DNA of 64,000 nucleotides from Octopus sinensis (Eukaryota). The DNA is taken from assembly GCF_006345805.1 (NCBI RefSeq), contig NC_042999.1, positions 93,868,001 to 93,932,000 of the forward strand. Reading direction: 5' to 3'. The notes beneath the pieces were generated by a model, which worked only from the letters and a program-made list of their open reading frames with translations, was not told the DNA's origin and searched no databases. The position numbers were made by a program, and so were the translations under genes. This document shows positions 14,814 through 27,480 of this stretch, one piece after another; the first letter of the stretch is position 1; every line of letters begins with the position of its first letter.

Positions 14814-16258
14814 TAAATTAAACAATAAATATACATATAACCCCCCAAAAAATTCTGTCTCCCATCACTAATTTAAGTAATACTTTAACTTTATTCTTTG
14901 TTTAGAAATAAAAATTACCTAATTTTCTTTCTAATAGAATATCTCTTATTATTTCATATAACTGCATTAACTTCTTTCTTAAAATGAAAGTTTTCATTCT
15001 CCTACTTGAAAACCCATACACACGAAAGTTATCAGTACCGGTTGAATAAGCAGATATGCAAAACTTGAAGTCTCTGTCAAAATTAATATTATATATTAAG
15101 ATGTTCTTTTCGCGTGACTGGTGGCAAATTCTTCCCTTTGTAAAATGTGGAAATCATGTGAGAGAAATTATAAAATTTTTCAAGTGTTCTTTGTTTAGAG
15201 AATATTCAGATCTGTGACGTTTCAGTCACATGCGCAATCAATTCAGAAAGCTTTAATGACGAATTTTTGCGGCAATTTCTATATTGTAATGACGAGCAAA
15301 ACAATCATATAGAAAATATTACCGATAGTCGTACATATTCTGCATCAAAACTGAAATGCTTTCTTACTTTTTGAGACTATATTGAGAAATATGAATATAT
15401 GGATTTGTTACTCAAATGTGAATGTTTATCAGTAGCGATCAAAATGTTAAATAACATTATAATTATTTGATGGTGGCTGAAATCAAGAAATATTTTAGTA
15501 GTGACATTACACGATAGCCAATATTCTAGAATAAATTTGTTGCAGAGGAATTATTCAACAGGGATTAATTCTAAAAGAGAGAGCATCCATCGTAGTCCTT
15601 CAAATATTTACTACGACATTTATTGAAAGCCACGATAGCTTTGATATTTATACTGTTTGCTCGAACAACTTATTTATTCAAACTATGTCTGAAAACCACC
15701 CTAATCATTCGCTAGAGTTCCTAATAAAGAAAGCAACTGCTGTTAAGATATTCACTACCCATAAGAAATAGGAGATCAAATGATTTTGATGTTGGAGACT
15801 ACTTGCAGAAATATGGAGTCTACTTTTGTGTTCAGCTGTATGTAGTTCTCTCTTAGTATCAATTAAATAAGAACCGAACTTATAAAAAAATGAAGAACAC
15901 AAGTTTACATTTAGCGTCACTAAAAGTTTGATGAAATATTAACAATTTTGTATAGATGTACATAATCGATATTTCAGTAGATTAAAGGATGTATGTTAAA
16001 ATACTGTAGCATGAAACTTTTTTCCATACACATTGGAATTTCTCATTCAGATACGATAAATATACGTGCACGTGGGCACATCCTAAAATATATTAGAACA
16101 CACATACATATGCACAAACACATACAGGCAAACACATGCCCTTCTCTTTGTATGTGTGTGGCTGTGTCTGTCAATATGCACATGCATACACACACACTAC
16201 ACACACGTATATATATATATATAATATATATATATATGTAGTTGTTTTTATGTGTACG

Positions 16259-16303
<45 letters not shown>

Positions 16304-16386
16304 ATATATATATTTATATATATAATATTTATATATATTTATATATATATATATACATACAGAAAGAAAGAATATATATATATATA

Positions 16387-16440
<54 letters not shown>

Positions 16441-16919
16441 ATAAGCAGGCCACACGGGCACACATATAGACACACACGTATGTATGTATACTGAATGACG
16501 TACATGATAATTTCTTAGTCTCAATTCTTCCTTTGCAAACAAGTAAGTTCAGGAGATTCTTTGAAATATTTTATGTATGCGTTCACATTTACATGTCTTA
16601 CAGAAAAAAAATAGTATTACCTATATTGGTGATGAGGAAATTAAGTCGCCCTTATTTCCAATCAATTTCACGCAATTAAATACGCTCCAAAAATTTTAGT
16701 ACATTCTTCGAAAAGTGTAATTTCCATGATTGAAATTAAAATGAGCTAAAATTAGACACCTAAAGAGAAAGATAAGCTAGAATTTGGGTTTTAAGATGTC
16801 AAAGAAAGTGCTCTGAATGTAGTAAAAAATTAAAATAGTACTCTCACTTCATGAATTAGGAAACGAAAGCTGTTAAATTTGGTAGCAGAGAGGAACAAGT
16901 CTGTATGATGAGTTTGATA

Positions 16920-18129
16920 TATTGGGTAATCCCATAAATAAGGCAGCTTTTTTTATAGTTCTTTCATGTTTCAATCGTAAGATGAACAAAGTTCTTTTTT
17001 AACCTAAATTATACACTCCTTCATTTTCTACAATGCTCTTCTATCTATCTGCTTGACTTGCAACGCCCCGATTCCAAAATTCAATTGTCCATGACGAAAA
17101 ATACTCTTCCAGTATTGTTCCGACTTCAGCAGATGGGGGAATTGTCCGGCGAATATGATAGGTGGCACATCGTCTCCTATTCAAACTGCCGCAGCCTTTG
17201 GGATGTCATCCTCGCTCTATGTCGCTGAGCATTTTCCTGATGGAAGAACACCTTTCGTCTTGAAAACGAAGATGGTCATTTTTCTTCCAGCCGCTCAAGC
17301 TACATGCGGTGATCTCCTTTGCTATTGTTCGGTTTGGGTTTAAAAGTTCAAAGTGGACTAAACCTTTCATAATCCACCAGACAGATAACAACATTTATGA
17401 GGATGAAAACCTTTAGCCTTAGGTACCGGTGTTTCTCTTTTCTCTAGATACTTTCTTCAGCACTTGACAATTTTTTAGAGAACCCATTTCTCGTCACCAC
17501 TATGCATAAAATATTAATTCGTGAGACATGACAGCAAAGATGAACCCACATTGGCTCTGTGCGTGCGATTACAGAAGGAAAGTTTGTGAGGAACACTTTG
17601 ACACAAATTTTTGACTTTTCTGATTGCACGCAGGTGTCGATGAATGGTTGAATGACCAACTCCAAACGTCTCTGCTAGTTTCCCAAAAGTTACGATGGTA
17701 TCTCGTTCCACCAGAGTTTGCAGGACGTCTTCGTCGAGCTCTACAGATGTTCCAGAACGGGGCTCATCTTCGATGCTGTAGTTTCCAGCTCGAAATTTCA
17801 AGAAACACTGTTTACATTGGCTTATGCTTATTGCCGGATCCCTATATACTGCATTAATATTCCTCGGACTTTCCGCTGAGGTGTTGCCTTTAATGAACTC
17901 ATAAAGCTAAATATGCCCAACATGTTCCTTTGTCACTTCCATTACAGCTTTGAAAAAATACCTGTTAAAATCGAACCGCACTCTTCCAAATTTGCACTAT
18001 GAATAAAGACGAAGTAAAATTGCTACCTGCTTCTATAGCAAATAGATGCAGGTAGTTTATTACATCCCCCTCCGAACTTTAGTCCATGCAATTGAAAAAA
18101 TATCCCATTATTTATGGGATGACTCAATA
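16920..18129 (-). mobile_element. Mariner DNA transposon, both TIRs present
   Basis: 22-bp TIRs TATTGGGTAATCCCATAAATAA (16920) and TTATTTATGGGATGACTCAATA (to 18129), with 2 mismatches and flanking TA. An internal transposase relic is present. Confidence 0.85.
16999..17942 (-). pseudogene. Mariner transposase pseudogene
   Basis: MEVTKEH..LYEF.KGN..FRAGNYSIEDEPRSG..HSTIHRHL..VPHKLS..; a DEKW-like catalytic region; C-terminal SIVENEG.Y. Stops and frameshifts are present. Confidence 0.85.
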
Positions 18130-18152
18130 TATGTAACACACATATATGCATG

Positions 18153-18192
<40 letters not shown>

Positions 18193-18915
18193 ATAATATA
18201 TATAATATATATATATTATATATAATACAAAAAAATGGGACAAGAACGCAAAACATCCGGACAACTAGGTGATACAAAAAGGGACAACAAAACATCCAGA
18301 TAGACAATAAAAAGAAAAAAGGACGGATTATTCGAAGCTTTCCATCCTCAGTCAAGAACCAGATTATCGTCGCAATGTCGGCTGATTATTCTTGAGATTG
18401 CTCTAATCAGGCTAGCCCCAAGGAAAAAATAAGCTAAGAGCATTCAATTCCTTGGAAGAAAGCATCGAATGCATACAAAAACAAGGACGGAAAAAAAGAA
18501 TGTTAGACAAATATAAATACAATAAAAATAATAACATGACATAACAAAAGGTGTCGTTCGAATAAAGACGAATTAAATTAAGCTGGCACGTATGGAAATA
18601 AAGCCTTGCGGCAGAGATACAGGGATTTCACAAGGACAGGGAAGAATATCGATGTTGCACGAACCACGGTCAGACCCAAAAGAAAGAGCGAGCAGTCTGG
18701 CCGATCGGTCACGTGGGAATCAATACCAGGATAAAACCACTAATTAAAACGTGAAAGAAAGATTTATAGACTTTTATATATAATATTCACTGGAATTGTT
18801 TCCTACCATGCCTGTATTAGATTTGTATATATTCTGTGGTACAGAAGTAATTTTGACTTCTATTTTTAACGATGTAGGTGCTCACGTGGTACATTCGTGT
18901 ATACATAAGTACATG

Positions 18916-18947
<32 letters not shown>

Positions 18948-19446
18948 CATACATACATACATACTATATATATAGTATATATATATATATATATAATATA
19001 TATATATAATTATATCTTATATCGTATATGTATATTTTATTACTTCGCTTGTACGGCTGAAAAAGTCGCTTACACACACATGATAGTATTTTAATAATAC
19101 CATCCCTTCTTATGTTTATCTATAAATAATTTCACGCATTTCATTTGTGTAAATTGTGTTCGGTCATTTCAAACAAACTTTTGTGGGGAAAAACTTTAGT
19201 AGTAGTAAGCTAGCAGAATTTGGGCGATGAGAAGCAGACATCTATTTGACGCTAATTTCGAAACCGGTTCCAAGTTGAACAATATTGCTTGTGCTGACCT
19301 AGCAGAGTTAACACGTTTTTAATGCTCACTGGAATTTTTTTTACTACCATGCCTGTATTAGATTTGTGATTATTCTGTGGTACAGAAGTATTTTTGATTT
19401 CTATTTGAAGTGATGTATGTGCTCATGTGGTGCCTTCATATATGAA

Positions 19447-19560
19447 CACACACACACACACACACACACACACCACACACACACACACACACACATACCC
19501 ACACACACACACACATACACACCACACACACACACACACACACACCACACACACACACAT
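19447..19560. repeat. (CA)n microsatellite
   Basis: Direct inspection. Confidence 0.95.
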
Positions 19561-20007
19561 ATATATATTATATATATAACAACTCAGTTCTAGAACAACA
19601 CTATAGAAAGTGTGATGTGAGTTAATTTTTTCAACGTCTCTAAGATGAAATATTCCTCGAAATTCATATTATAAATTAAAGATATAATATATTTGGCAGA
19701 TTAAAGTGATATCAACATGTAACTAAATGAGCAGCCTTATATTATCCATGCTGAAGAGTATGTGTAGGTTGTAACTGAAACCAAGGTATTTAATGAAAGA
19801 TTAGAATAAAAATAGAACAGAAACACTATAACAGATCAAATTTAATCAAACCTAATATGAGTATGATGTATATATCCGCGAATTTTATTGTGTAATTTTA
19901 CTCTAAAATCTGTATTTCCAACTACTATTACAGGTACTTCTTGAAGTGTCTCCAATTTTTACTTGTCTTTTATCTAGTTTAAATTGAGTTCTTTAACATT
20001 TTTGATT

Positions 20008-21061
20008 TTTTTTTCTGTTCAACATCAAGGGACCTTCACCTGATTGTACTGGTCATCTTTCCATGAAGATGTGAGCACTATGATCAAAAGTTAATCAGTT
20101 TTCTGAAAACCGAAACACTTCTCTTTATTATTGTCAGATGCACTTTACCTATTTTATAGTGTTCTTTTTCTACGTTTAAAAACATGGAAGCAAAATGATA
20201 GAATCTTGCTCATATAACTCTTCAGTTTTGGCTATGTGGGACACAATTAATATAAAATACGGTTTCTACCTTGTAGTATTTATCTAATGGGCACCTACTT
20301 CTGTTTCTCCTTAGACAACCACTTATAGAAACTGAGTTGACGATATAAACATATAGAATGAGGTGACGGAATCGTTACTATGCTAGGCAAAATGCTTAGC
20401 GACAGAGTCCACTGAAACCGACTTTACATTTCACCCTTTCGGAGTCAATAAAATAACTGCCAGTTCATCAGTTTGTGTCGATCCTCACCTAAAAGCGTTG
20501 GCCTTGTGTCAAATCTTGAAACCAATAATATATGTATATATATATACATAAAAATGTATATATAATATATACATGTGTGTGTGTGTGTGTGCGTGTGTGT
20601 GTGTGTGAATGTGTGTGTATACAAGGAGCGGTGAATATACTGTCGTCGGAATTACGCAAAAATGATCACAACGCTGACGTCTCAGCTTAACAGATATATT
20701 CACCAAAATTACATATATTTACCAAATTACATTTTAAATGTTGCCATAATCCTTGCCTCCAGTTCACCTTTCGTGTTACAAGTTGTTGCGTTGGTCTCTT
20801 GCTCAATTGCATCCGACATAATAATCAAGTTGGTTGCAGTCAGGGTAGTTAGAGGGCCAGATATTAGGGGTGATGTGGTCGCAGAAATTGTCTCAGGGCC
20901 ATGACTGGGATCTCCTGCTTCTATGTTTTTTTTCTGTTCAACATCAAGGGAACTTCACCTGATTGTAATGGTCATCTTTCCATGAAGATGTGAGCACTAT
21001 GATCAAAAGTTAATCAGTTTTCTGAAAACCGAAACACTTCTCTTTATTATTGTCAGATGCA
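20008..21061 (+). repeat. ~135-bp direct repeat pair (20008-20142 and 20925-21061)
   Basis: TTTTTTCTGTTCAACATCAAGGG..TTGTCAGATGCA occurs twice, with two substitutions seen. Confidence 0.85.
20355..20520 (+). mobile_element. Diverged SINE
   Basis: GGAATCGTTAC..AAATGCTTAGCG..GACTTTACATTTCACCCTTTCGG..GGCCTTGTG. Confidence 0.5.
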
Positions 21062-21652
21062 GTATGGTGGAAAGTCCAGTTGCCACGCATAGGGTCTTCC
21101 AACAGCCACCATTTTTGACACAGTATAGCACTAACTCTTCCAGGCACATGATGTAGGCCTCCATGATGAATCTGAGGCCGTGTGGGAAGGTGAATGTAGA
21201 CATTACGTGGTCTTCACTAGTGATCACTCCAAACACCATGATGTTGAGTGGACGTTTGATTTTTATCACTCTCTCTACATGTCCTCAAATTGCACTGTCC
21301 TCGGATTGACACCCAAACACTCTGAAATACCATATCAACAAGATATACTTTCTACACTTGTTCAGTACATTTCATTGTTCTGCACCTTTTGTTTTACTTT
21401 AGATCATATCTCACTATTCCGCCCTCTGAAATCTTCGTATTGGAACTTCCGTCTTGAATACCAAGGAATACAGCAGTTAAGCATGTCATGACCAAATTTT
21501 TGGCATAGTGCATTGCATCATAGTGCTGTTTTTCTCACAGACAGTGTACAAATGTCCCTACTATACTGTGTAGTTGGCAAGATCAAAAACAAACAATGTG
21601 TATGAATGAAATTAAAAATGAGATATGGTGACAATTTAGCCATCCCACCCTG
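20622..21652 (-). mobile_element. DD37D/maT-type Tc1-mariner superfamily transposon relic
   Basis: ORF 21003-21269 reads ..PLNIMVFGVITSEDHVMSTFTFPHGLR... The frame continues past an insertion as SRRSQSW..NFCDHITPNIWPSNYPDCNQLDYYV. There is a TIR TA|CAGGGTG at 21652 and a diverged partner at 20622 (16/26 identical). Confidence 0.75.
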
Positions 21653-21683
21653 TACATATGTGCATATATATATATATATATAG

Positions 21684-21742
<59 letters not shown>

Positions 21743-21749
21743 ATGTCTC

Positions 21750-21780
<31 letters not shown>

Positions 21781-21859
21781 TATGTCTATATATATATATA
21801 TATATATATCATACATACATATATATATATTATATATATAATATATATATGTATGTATA

Positions 21860-21903
<44 letters not shown>

Positions 21904-21909
21904 ATATAT

Positions 21910-22349
21910 AATAATAAATATTAGGGAATGAATCCAAAATTACAGGGAAAAATCAGATTTAGGGTTAAATCCAATTTATAGTAAAATATTATATAATATA
22001 ATTCGAGACAAAACCACTTTTTTTAAACCAAACAAGGAAAGACATAATCAATACATTAGTAAGTTTCAAAATAAATTCCTTTCTAGAAGGTATAGGAATA
22101 TATTTCAAAGATGAATCCCAAAACAGTGGTTCTATCTTACCTGTAAATTCCATAATTACGAAATTGAGGTATTACACTCAATATACAAAATTATCAATAT
22201 ATTAAATAATAATAATAAATATTAGGGAATGAATCCAAAATTACAGGGAAAAATCAGATTTAGGGTTAAATCCAATTTATAGTAAAATATTATATAATAT
22301 AATTAAGTCTTTCCTTGTTTGGTTTTAAAATAGTGGTTTTGTCTCGAAT

Positions 22350-22355
<6 letters not shown>
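21910..22355. mobile_element. PLE-type terminal structure: 94-bp direct repeats plus ~50-bp inversion, in a (TA)n tract
   Basis: Direct repeats at 21910-22003 and 22211-22304. 22307-22355 inverts ~21996-22043. The terminus family is the same as at 35774 and 42680. Confidence 0.7.
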
Positions 22356-22390
<35 letters not shown>

Positions 22391-22392
<2 letters not shown>

Positions 22393-22726
22393 ACTTATAA
22401 GAAAGGGCTAAAGAAAAATTATTTCAAAGCCAATATGCTGCTTTTCCACATATAATCTACTTGCTACAGAAAAATTGAACTGAAGTCGGGCAAGATAGCC
22501 GTTAGAAAATTTAAATTTCGTTATCTCTATATTGAATCAATTTCGGAATTAATCTCATAAAAGATTTATTCCGAAATTGATTCAATATAGAGATAACAAA
22601 ATTTAAATTTTCTAACGGTTAGCTTGCCCGACTTCAGTTCAATTTTTCTGTAGCGAGTAGATTATATGTAGAAAATCAGCATATTGGCTTTGAAATAATT
22701 TTTCTTTAGCCCTTTCTTATAAGTTG
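22391..22726. repeat. Long hairpin / foldback (MITE-like), ~155-bp arms with a short imperfect centre
   Basis: CAACTTATAAGAAAGGGCTAAAG.. pairs with ..CTTTAGCCCTTTCTTATAAGTTG with few mismatches. Confidence 0.85.
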
Positions 22727-22834
22727 TTTATAATTTTAACCGTAAATGTATTTTAATATGCTGCCACATTTCTTGATGGAATTCTTTCCTGTAGAGATAA
22801 AAACTTCATCCTATATTAGTAGTAGTAGTAGTAG

Positions 22835-22868
<34 letters not shown>

Positions 22869-23083
22869 GTGAGAATTTACCAAAAATAATAAAGACGATG
22901 TCGGGAGTAAAAAACAACAAAGGGATGTATTAGTTTAACGCTCAGGAAGTGAGAAACTCTTAAATTTCGAGCTTACGCTCTTCCACAGGAAGGAACACAG
23001 AAATAAACAGGTAGTGAAAATAACAAAGATTTGGTTGCAATATATATATATACAACCATGAGTTTGAGACTCAGTCTTATCTA

Positions 23084-23400
23084 GTGTGTCACCACTTCAT
23101 CACTCGTGGATATCCCCTCCCCATTATCCATACAGCTCTTACCAAACACGTCCCGTTCACCGTACCTCTGCTCTGTCTCCCTGCACCTGCTCCACCGTTG
23201 TGCCTCTCCCGTTTCCCCTCACCTACCACCCCGACCCTGCTCCTCCAACGTACCATTCTCCGAGCATTCCGGTGACACTACTCCGATCCCTCCACCTCGC
23301 ACATTTTCTCCAGCCCACCCCTTCCAACCTTCAAACGAGCCCACACATTCGACCGAAAATTTACTCAAATCCTCTAAACTTATTCCAACACTATGCCAGA
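23084..23400 (+). pseudogene. Penelope-like element relic (RT thumb/linker region)
   Basis: HFITRGYP..IIHTALTK, FPLTYHP and ILRAF.. occur in shifting frames, resembling the PLE F..RGYP / PLVLTYHP signature. Confidence 0.55.
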
Positions 23401-24187
23401 TTGAAAACTGAAAATTACTCTGAGACTCACCCCATTTGCATGAAAAGCCCATATCAATTTCATCTCATTGACCTGAGAGTATCTGTCCTATATACAATGC
23501 CGATATGGTAACGTTGCTGAACTATATCTGTGAGTGGCCCTAAAACCTCTACTCCTACAACTACTGATAATAATACTACTCATACTACTACTGCTACTAA
23601 GTACCACTCCCTCAATTCCTACCACCCCATTGTAACCTGTCTTGACCTTTTCTAATTAATCATCCCAATACTCCGCCACTTTCCCCATTGAATATCCATT
23701 CTTCAAGTGCACTCTTTGTTATTTCCAGCAACGTCTCTGAGGAAAGTATCATTAATTTTCTTAAGTCTTTCAATTTACCTCCATTGAATAAGAGGCCAAT
23801 TGAATAAATCTGTATATAATGAATATTGGGAAGAGCTGTAATCTAAATTTACTATAATAAAGGAATTATATGTAATGGACATTATTTTAACTTGCCTCTT
23901 ATATAACATTCTGTAAAAAACAGTTTATTTGAAGCCCATCCACGGATTTGCAATATAGAACTGTGATGAACCAATTCTTTAAACCCTACCTAAAAGATTA
24001 CTTTGAGTTCTTCACTAATCTAGTTTGCCCGAACTGATAATCCTTCACAATTTGCGTTGATTTGTGGTTTCGATTCTGGCTGTTAGCTCAGACATTTTGG
24101 TCCATGTGTTTTATTAAAAAAATTGTCGCTTCAAATCGGAAAATATATATTATATAGTTATACACACACACAAACACACACACACAC

Positions 24188-24239
<52 letters not shown>

Positions 24240-24255
24240 CATACATATATATATA

Positions 24256-24311
<56 letters not shown>

Positions 24312-25704
24312 TTATATATATATGTATGTATGTACCAACAATAGTACTCTCACTTAGTTGCCAGCACAATTACTTTTTGCGCTCTGTCATCTCATCTGGA
24401 TTCTCCGATGAAGCCACGAAAAGGTATTTCGAAAATATAGTACAAATAGTCATGCGAACCTTGTCTCTTTTCACAACAAAAAGAGACCATTACTATATAT
24501 ATCACGCGTACATTATCGACCCTGTTTAAGAGTGGTCATAGCCAATATGCAGGTAAACCACTCGTTAAGGATCTAATTACTAAACCTCAATATCAGAAAA
24601 TATCTTGCTTATTGATGGCATATCTTCACCATAATGTCTGCTTAACAAAATTTGGCCTTTCTCTTCAAAGCAATAACTTGCTAACGTCTGTAAAGGGCTC
24701 ACATGAGAAAAGTAAAATAACATCCGGAAAAGTATTCTTCTACTTTTCGACTGCAAACGATTTTCCGTTATTTGAAAAAAGTTATTTTACTGTAGTGGTG
24801 ACATGAGTTTGTTTTCGAACACCCTTTATAACCTAGACAACAAAATAGATTCTCTCTGAATGTTGTCTACATTCTATATTAGCCAGTGAATCTCTGTTTG
24901 CTTGTTTTCGTATTTCCTTTACTCTGTGTCTTTCTGTTAAATCGACATATCTCTCATAAATTATGTTTTATCAATCTTCACCTACCCAAGCACGAAGCTG
25001 TATAGTTTTAGTTACAGCCGTCGACTTGGTTCTGCACACGAGGAGAATTAACGGCATCAGTTATTACCGGTTTCTAAAAGTACGTAAAGAAGACAAAAAC
25101 TATTTCTTCAGAACAAACATTCTTAAAATAACTGTAAAACAAAGAGGGAAATGGCGCCGTATGCGTAGATAATGATAGATTAAATAGAATGTGCTATAGT
25201 GAGATATAATTTACCAAAATATATATAAAAAAAGTTTATGGAGGTGAGGTAGACGTAAATGAATTTACAGACAAGAAATGTTTGTTAAAGTATACGTGCA
25301 ACTGTGTGCTAAAGAATAAGTGAATGTAAATATGAAAGTTTACTTAGAGGCAGGTAAAAGTACAAAGTTGGTGACTACAGCGATAATAAAAGATAAATGA
25401 AAGATGTAAAGAAAGAAAATGCCATATCAACAAGATATACTTTCCACACATTTTCAGTAGATTTTATTGTTTTACACCTTTTGTTTTATTTTAGATCATA
25501 TCTCACTATGCCACCCTTTATTTTAGATCAAATCTCACTAAGCCAACCCTCATATTATATATCTGCGACGAAAAACTTGTTTCATATTTATTGGGTGAAA
25601 TCGATCAGTCTTTATGCGCTGGCTTAAAGAACGCGTACTGTTTATTCACGAAATCGCCCATTGCATTTGACCAATCTGCCCGAATTTGTAAATTGCCTTT
25701 TTCT

Positions 25705-25928
25705 TATTAATATTGGTTTGAAATTCTGGTACTGGGCCAGTGAGTACTGGGAGAGGCATAAGTTGATTAAATCGACCCCTGTGCTCAAGTGGTAATTATT
25801 TTATTGATCACGAAAAGGTGAAAAGCAAAGTCGACCTCGGCAGAATTTGAACTCATGAACGTAAGGACGGACGAAATGCCGCTAAGCATTTTACCTAGCT
25901 TGCAAACAATTGTGCCAGTTCATCGCCG
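25705..25928 (-). mobile_element. tRNA-derived SINE
   Basis: GCAAAGTCGACCTCGGCAGAATTTGAACTC..GAAATGCCGCTAAGCATTTT, same family as 11011. Confidence 0.75.
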
Positions 25929-25956
25929 TTTTATTACTAATATTAATATTAATTTT

Positions 25957-26068
25957 AGGCAGTGAGCTAGCAGAATCATTAGCAGGTCGGACAAATGCTT
26001 AGCGGAATTTCGTCCGTCTTCACGTTGTGAATTTGAATTCCGCTGAGGTCAGCTTTGCCTTTCATCAT
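25957..26068 (+). mobile_element. tRNA-derived SINE, 3'-truncated, head-to-head with the previous copy
   Basis: GGCAGTGAGCTAGCAGAATC..AAATGCTTAGCGGAATTTCG..GCTTTGCCTTTCATC. Confidence 0.7.
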
Positions 26069-27417
26069 GTAATCAACTTATAAGGCTTGCTCATTTTGTG
26101 TTGAATAATTAATACAAAAGACAAAATATGTAAAGAAGTCTTTTAGATTGGTGTTCCAATGGTATAGAGAGAGCCTAAAAATTCACAGAGACGACTGGTT
26201 CTTTTGCTCATGTAAGTTGCAGGGACATGATTAGGAATACAGAAAAAAGTTTTGTTTATCTAAATATCCCATCTGCACAGTGACTAGTTAACCATGAACC
26301 CGACTGTCCAGTCGAGTAACCACCAGGAAACTTTAAAATCGTACACTTGAGTTCGATGTCAGAAGGCAAAGAAAGGAAAATGAGACCTTAGTATGTAAAA
26401 TGATCGTTGAAGTTAATTTCATATGTGACCATTTGGATTTCTTCCTGGAAATGCTGGGGGATATGAATGAGAAACATCGGTATGGTACATCAAGTTATAT
26501 AAGACATGGAAATAGGATATCAGGGTAGATAATATTCTATTTTCTCATCTTTCAAAAACATTTGTGCTGTTATATTTTGCTAAATAGAGAACCGAATTAA
26601 TTTTCATTACCTTCATTTTGTCCTAACATATGTGGATTTATCTCCAAGTTATAGTATATCCGTTAATTTATAAAAAAAACCTTTGCTAATGGGAAAGAGA
26701 TATTTTCTTCTGTTTAGAATTAGTACCATAAAATATATAACTTTACACGCAATTATCAAAGCAGTTTTCTAAAAGTTCCATTTTGCAGAGCTGTATTATG
26801 TCTTCAAAAATACTTCACCTGCTTGTTTTATTTTCTTTTGTCATTTACTTCTTGGTTTTTAGGTTAATAAAATTCATACGGTTCTCTTATCGCATTTTAT
26901 TCTCCGTATCTGTGACGATACAAATTTAAGGAAGATAGTTAAAATATATGTAGCTACGTGTATAAATTTGTGTTACAAGACCCTGATTTGAAATCGTGCG
27001 TTGGAACAGATATATTTCGGAACGGTCATATTTTTTTACCAAATAAACACACGCACTATATATTTGTTCTTCCCTTGTTTATTACTGTTCTTTCTTTTTT
27101 CTAACTCATGTCCATTGTCCGGAAATCTTTCGTCACATATCTGTGTCCTCTTCAGTGACACTTTCATATTCGTGTGTGCTCTTGCTTTATTTACTCCATT
27201 CTGATTTTCTAATATGTGTTTCCTCATGTGCGTATGCTTTTGCGTCCGTGTTTCTGAGTGTGCGTGCGCGTGCATGTATGTGTATGCGTTAGTATCATTA
27301 TTCCCCTCAGCTCCATCCGCTTACCCATTGTGCTACTGCTGTCCTAAGACCTAAACATTTGATAGAGTTCCTGTATTTCTCTGTGTTTGTGTGTTCACCT
27401 ACAGTGTTGCTATCACT

Positions 27418-27418
<1 letters not shown>

Positions 27419-27455
<37 letters not shown>

Positions 27456-27480
27456 TGTTGTTGTTGTTATTGTTGTTGTT
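27419..27480. repeat. (GTA)n(GTT)n compound trinucleotide repeat
   Basis: Direct inspection. Confidence 0.95.

Noticed and set aside
18220-18790. Possible PLE 3' tail with CTGAGGA on the minus strand
   Set aside because: It looks repeat-like, but I could not reconstruct either a full HHR or a convincing protein motif.
19746-19790. CTGAAGA..GAAAC caag GTA
   Set aside because: The core words are present but stems I and II cannot form, so it is likely chance in AT-rich DNA.
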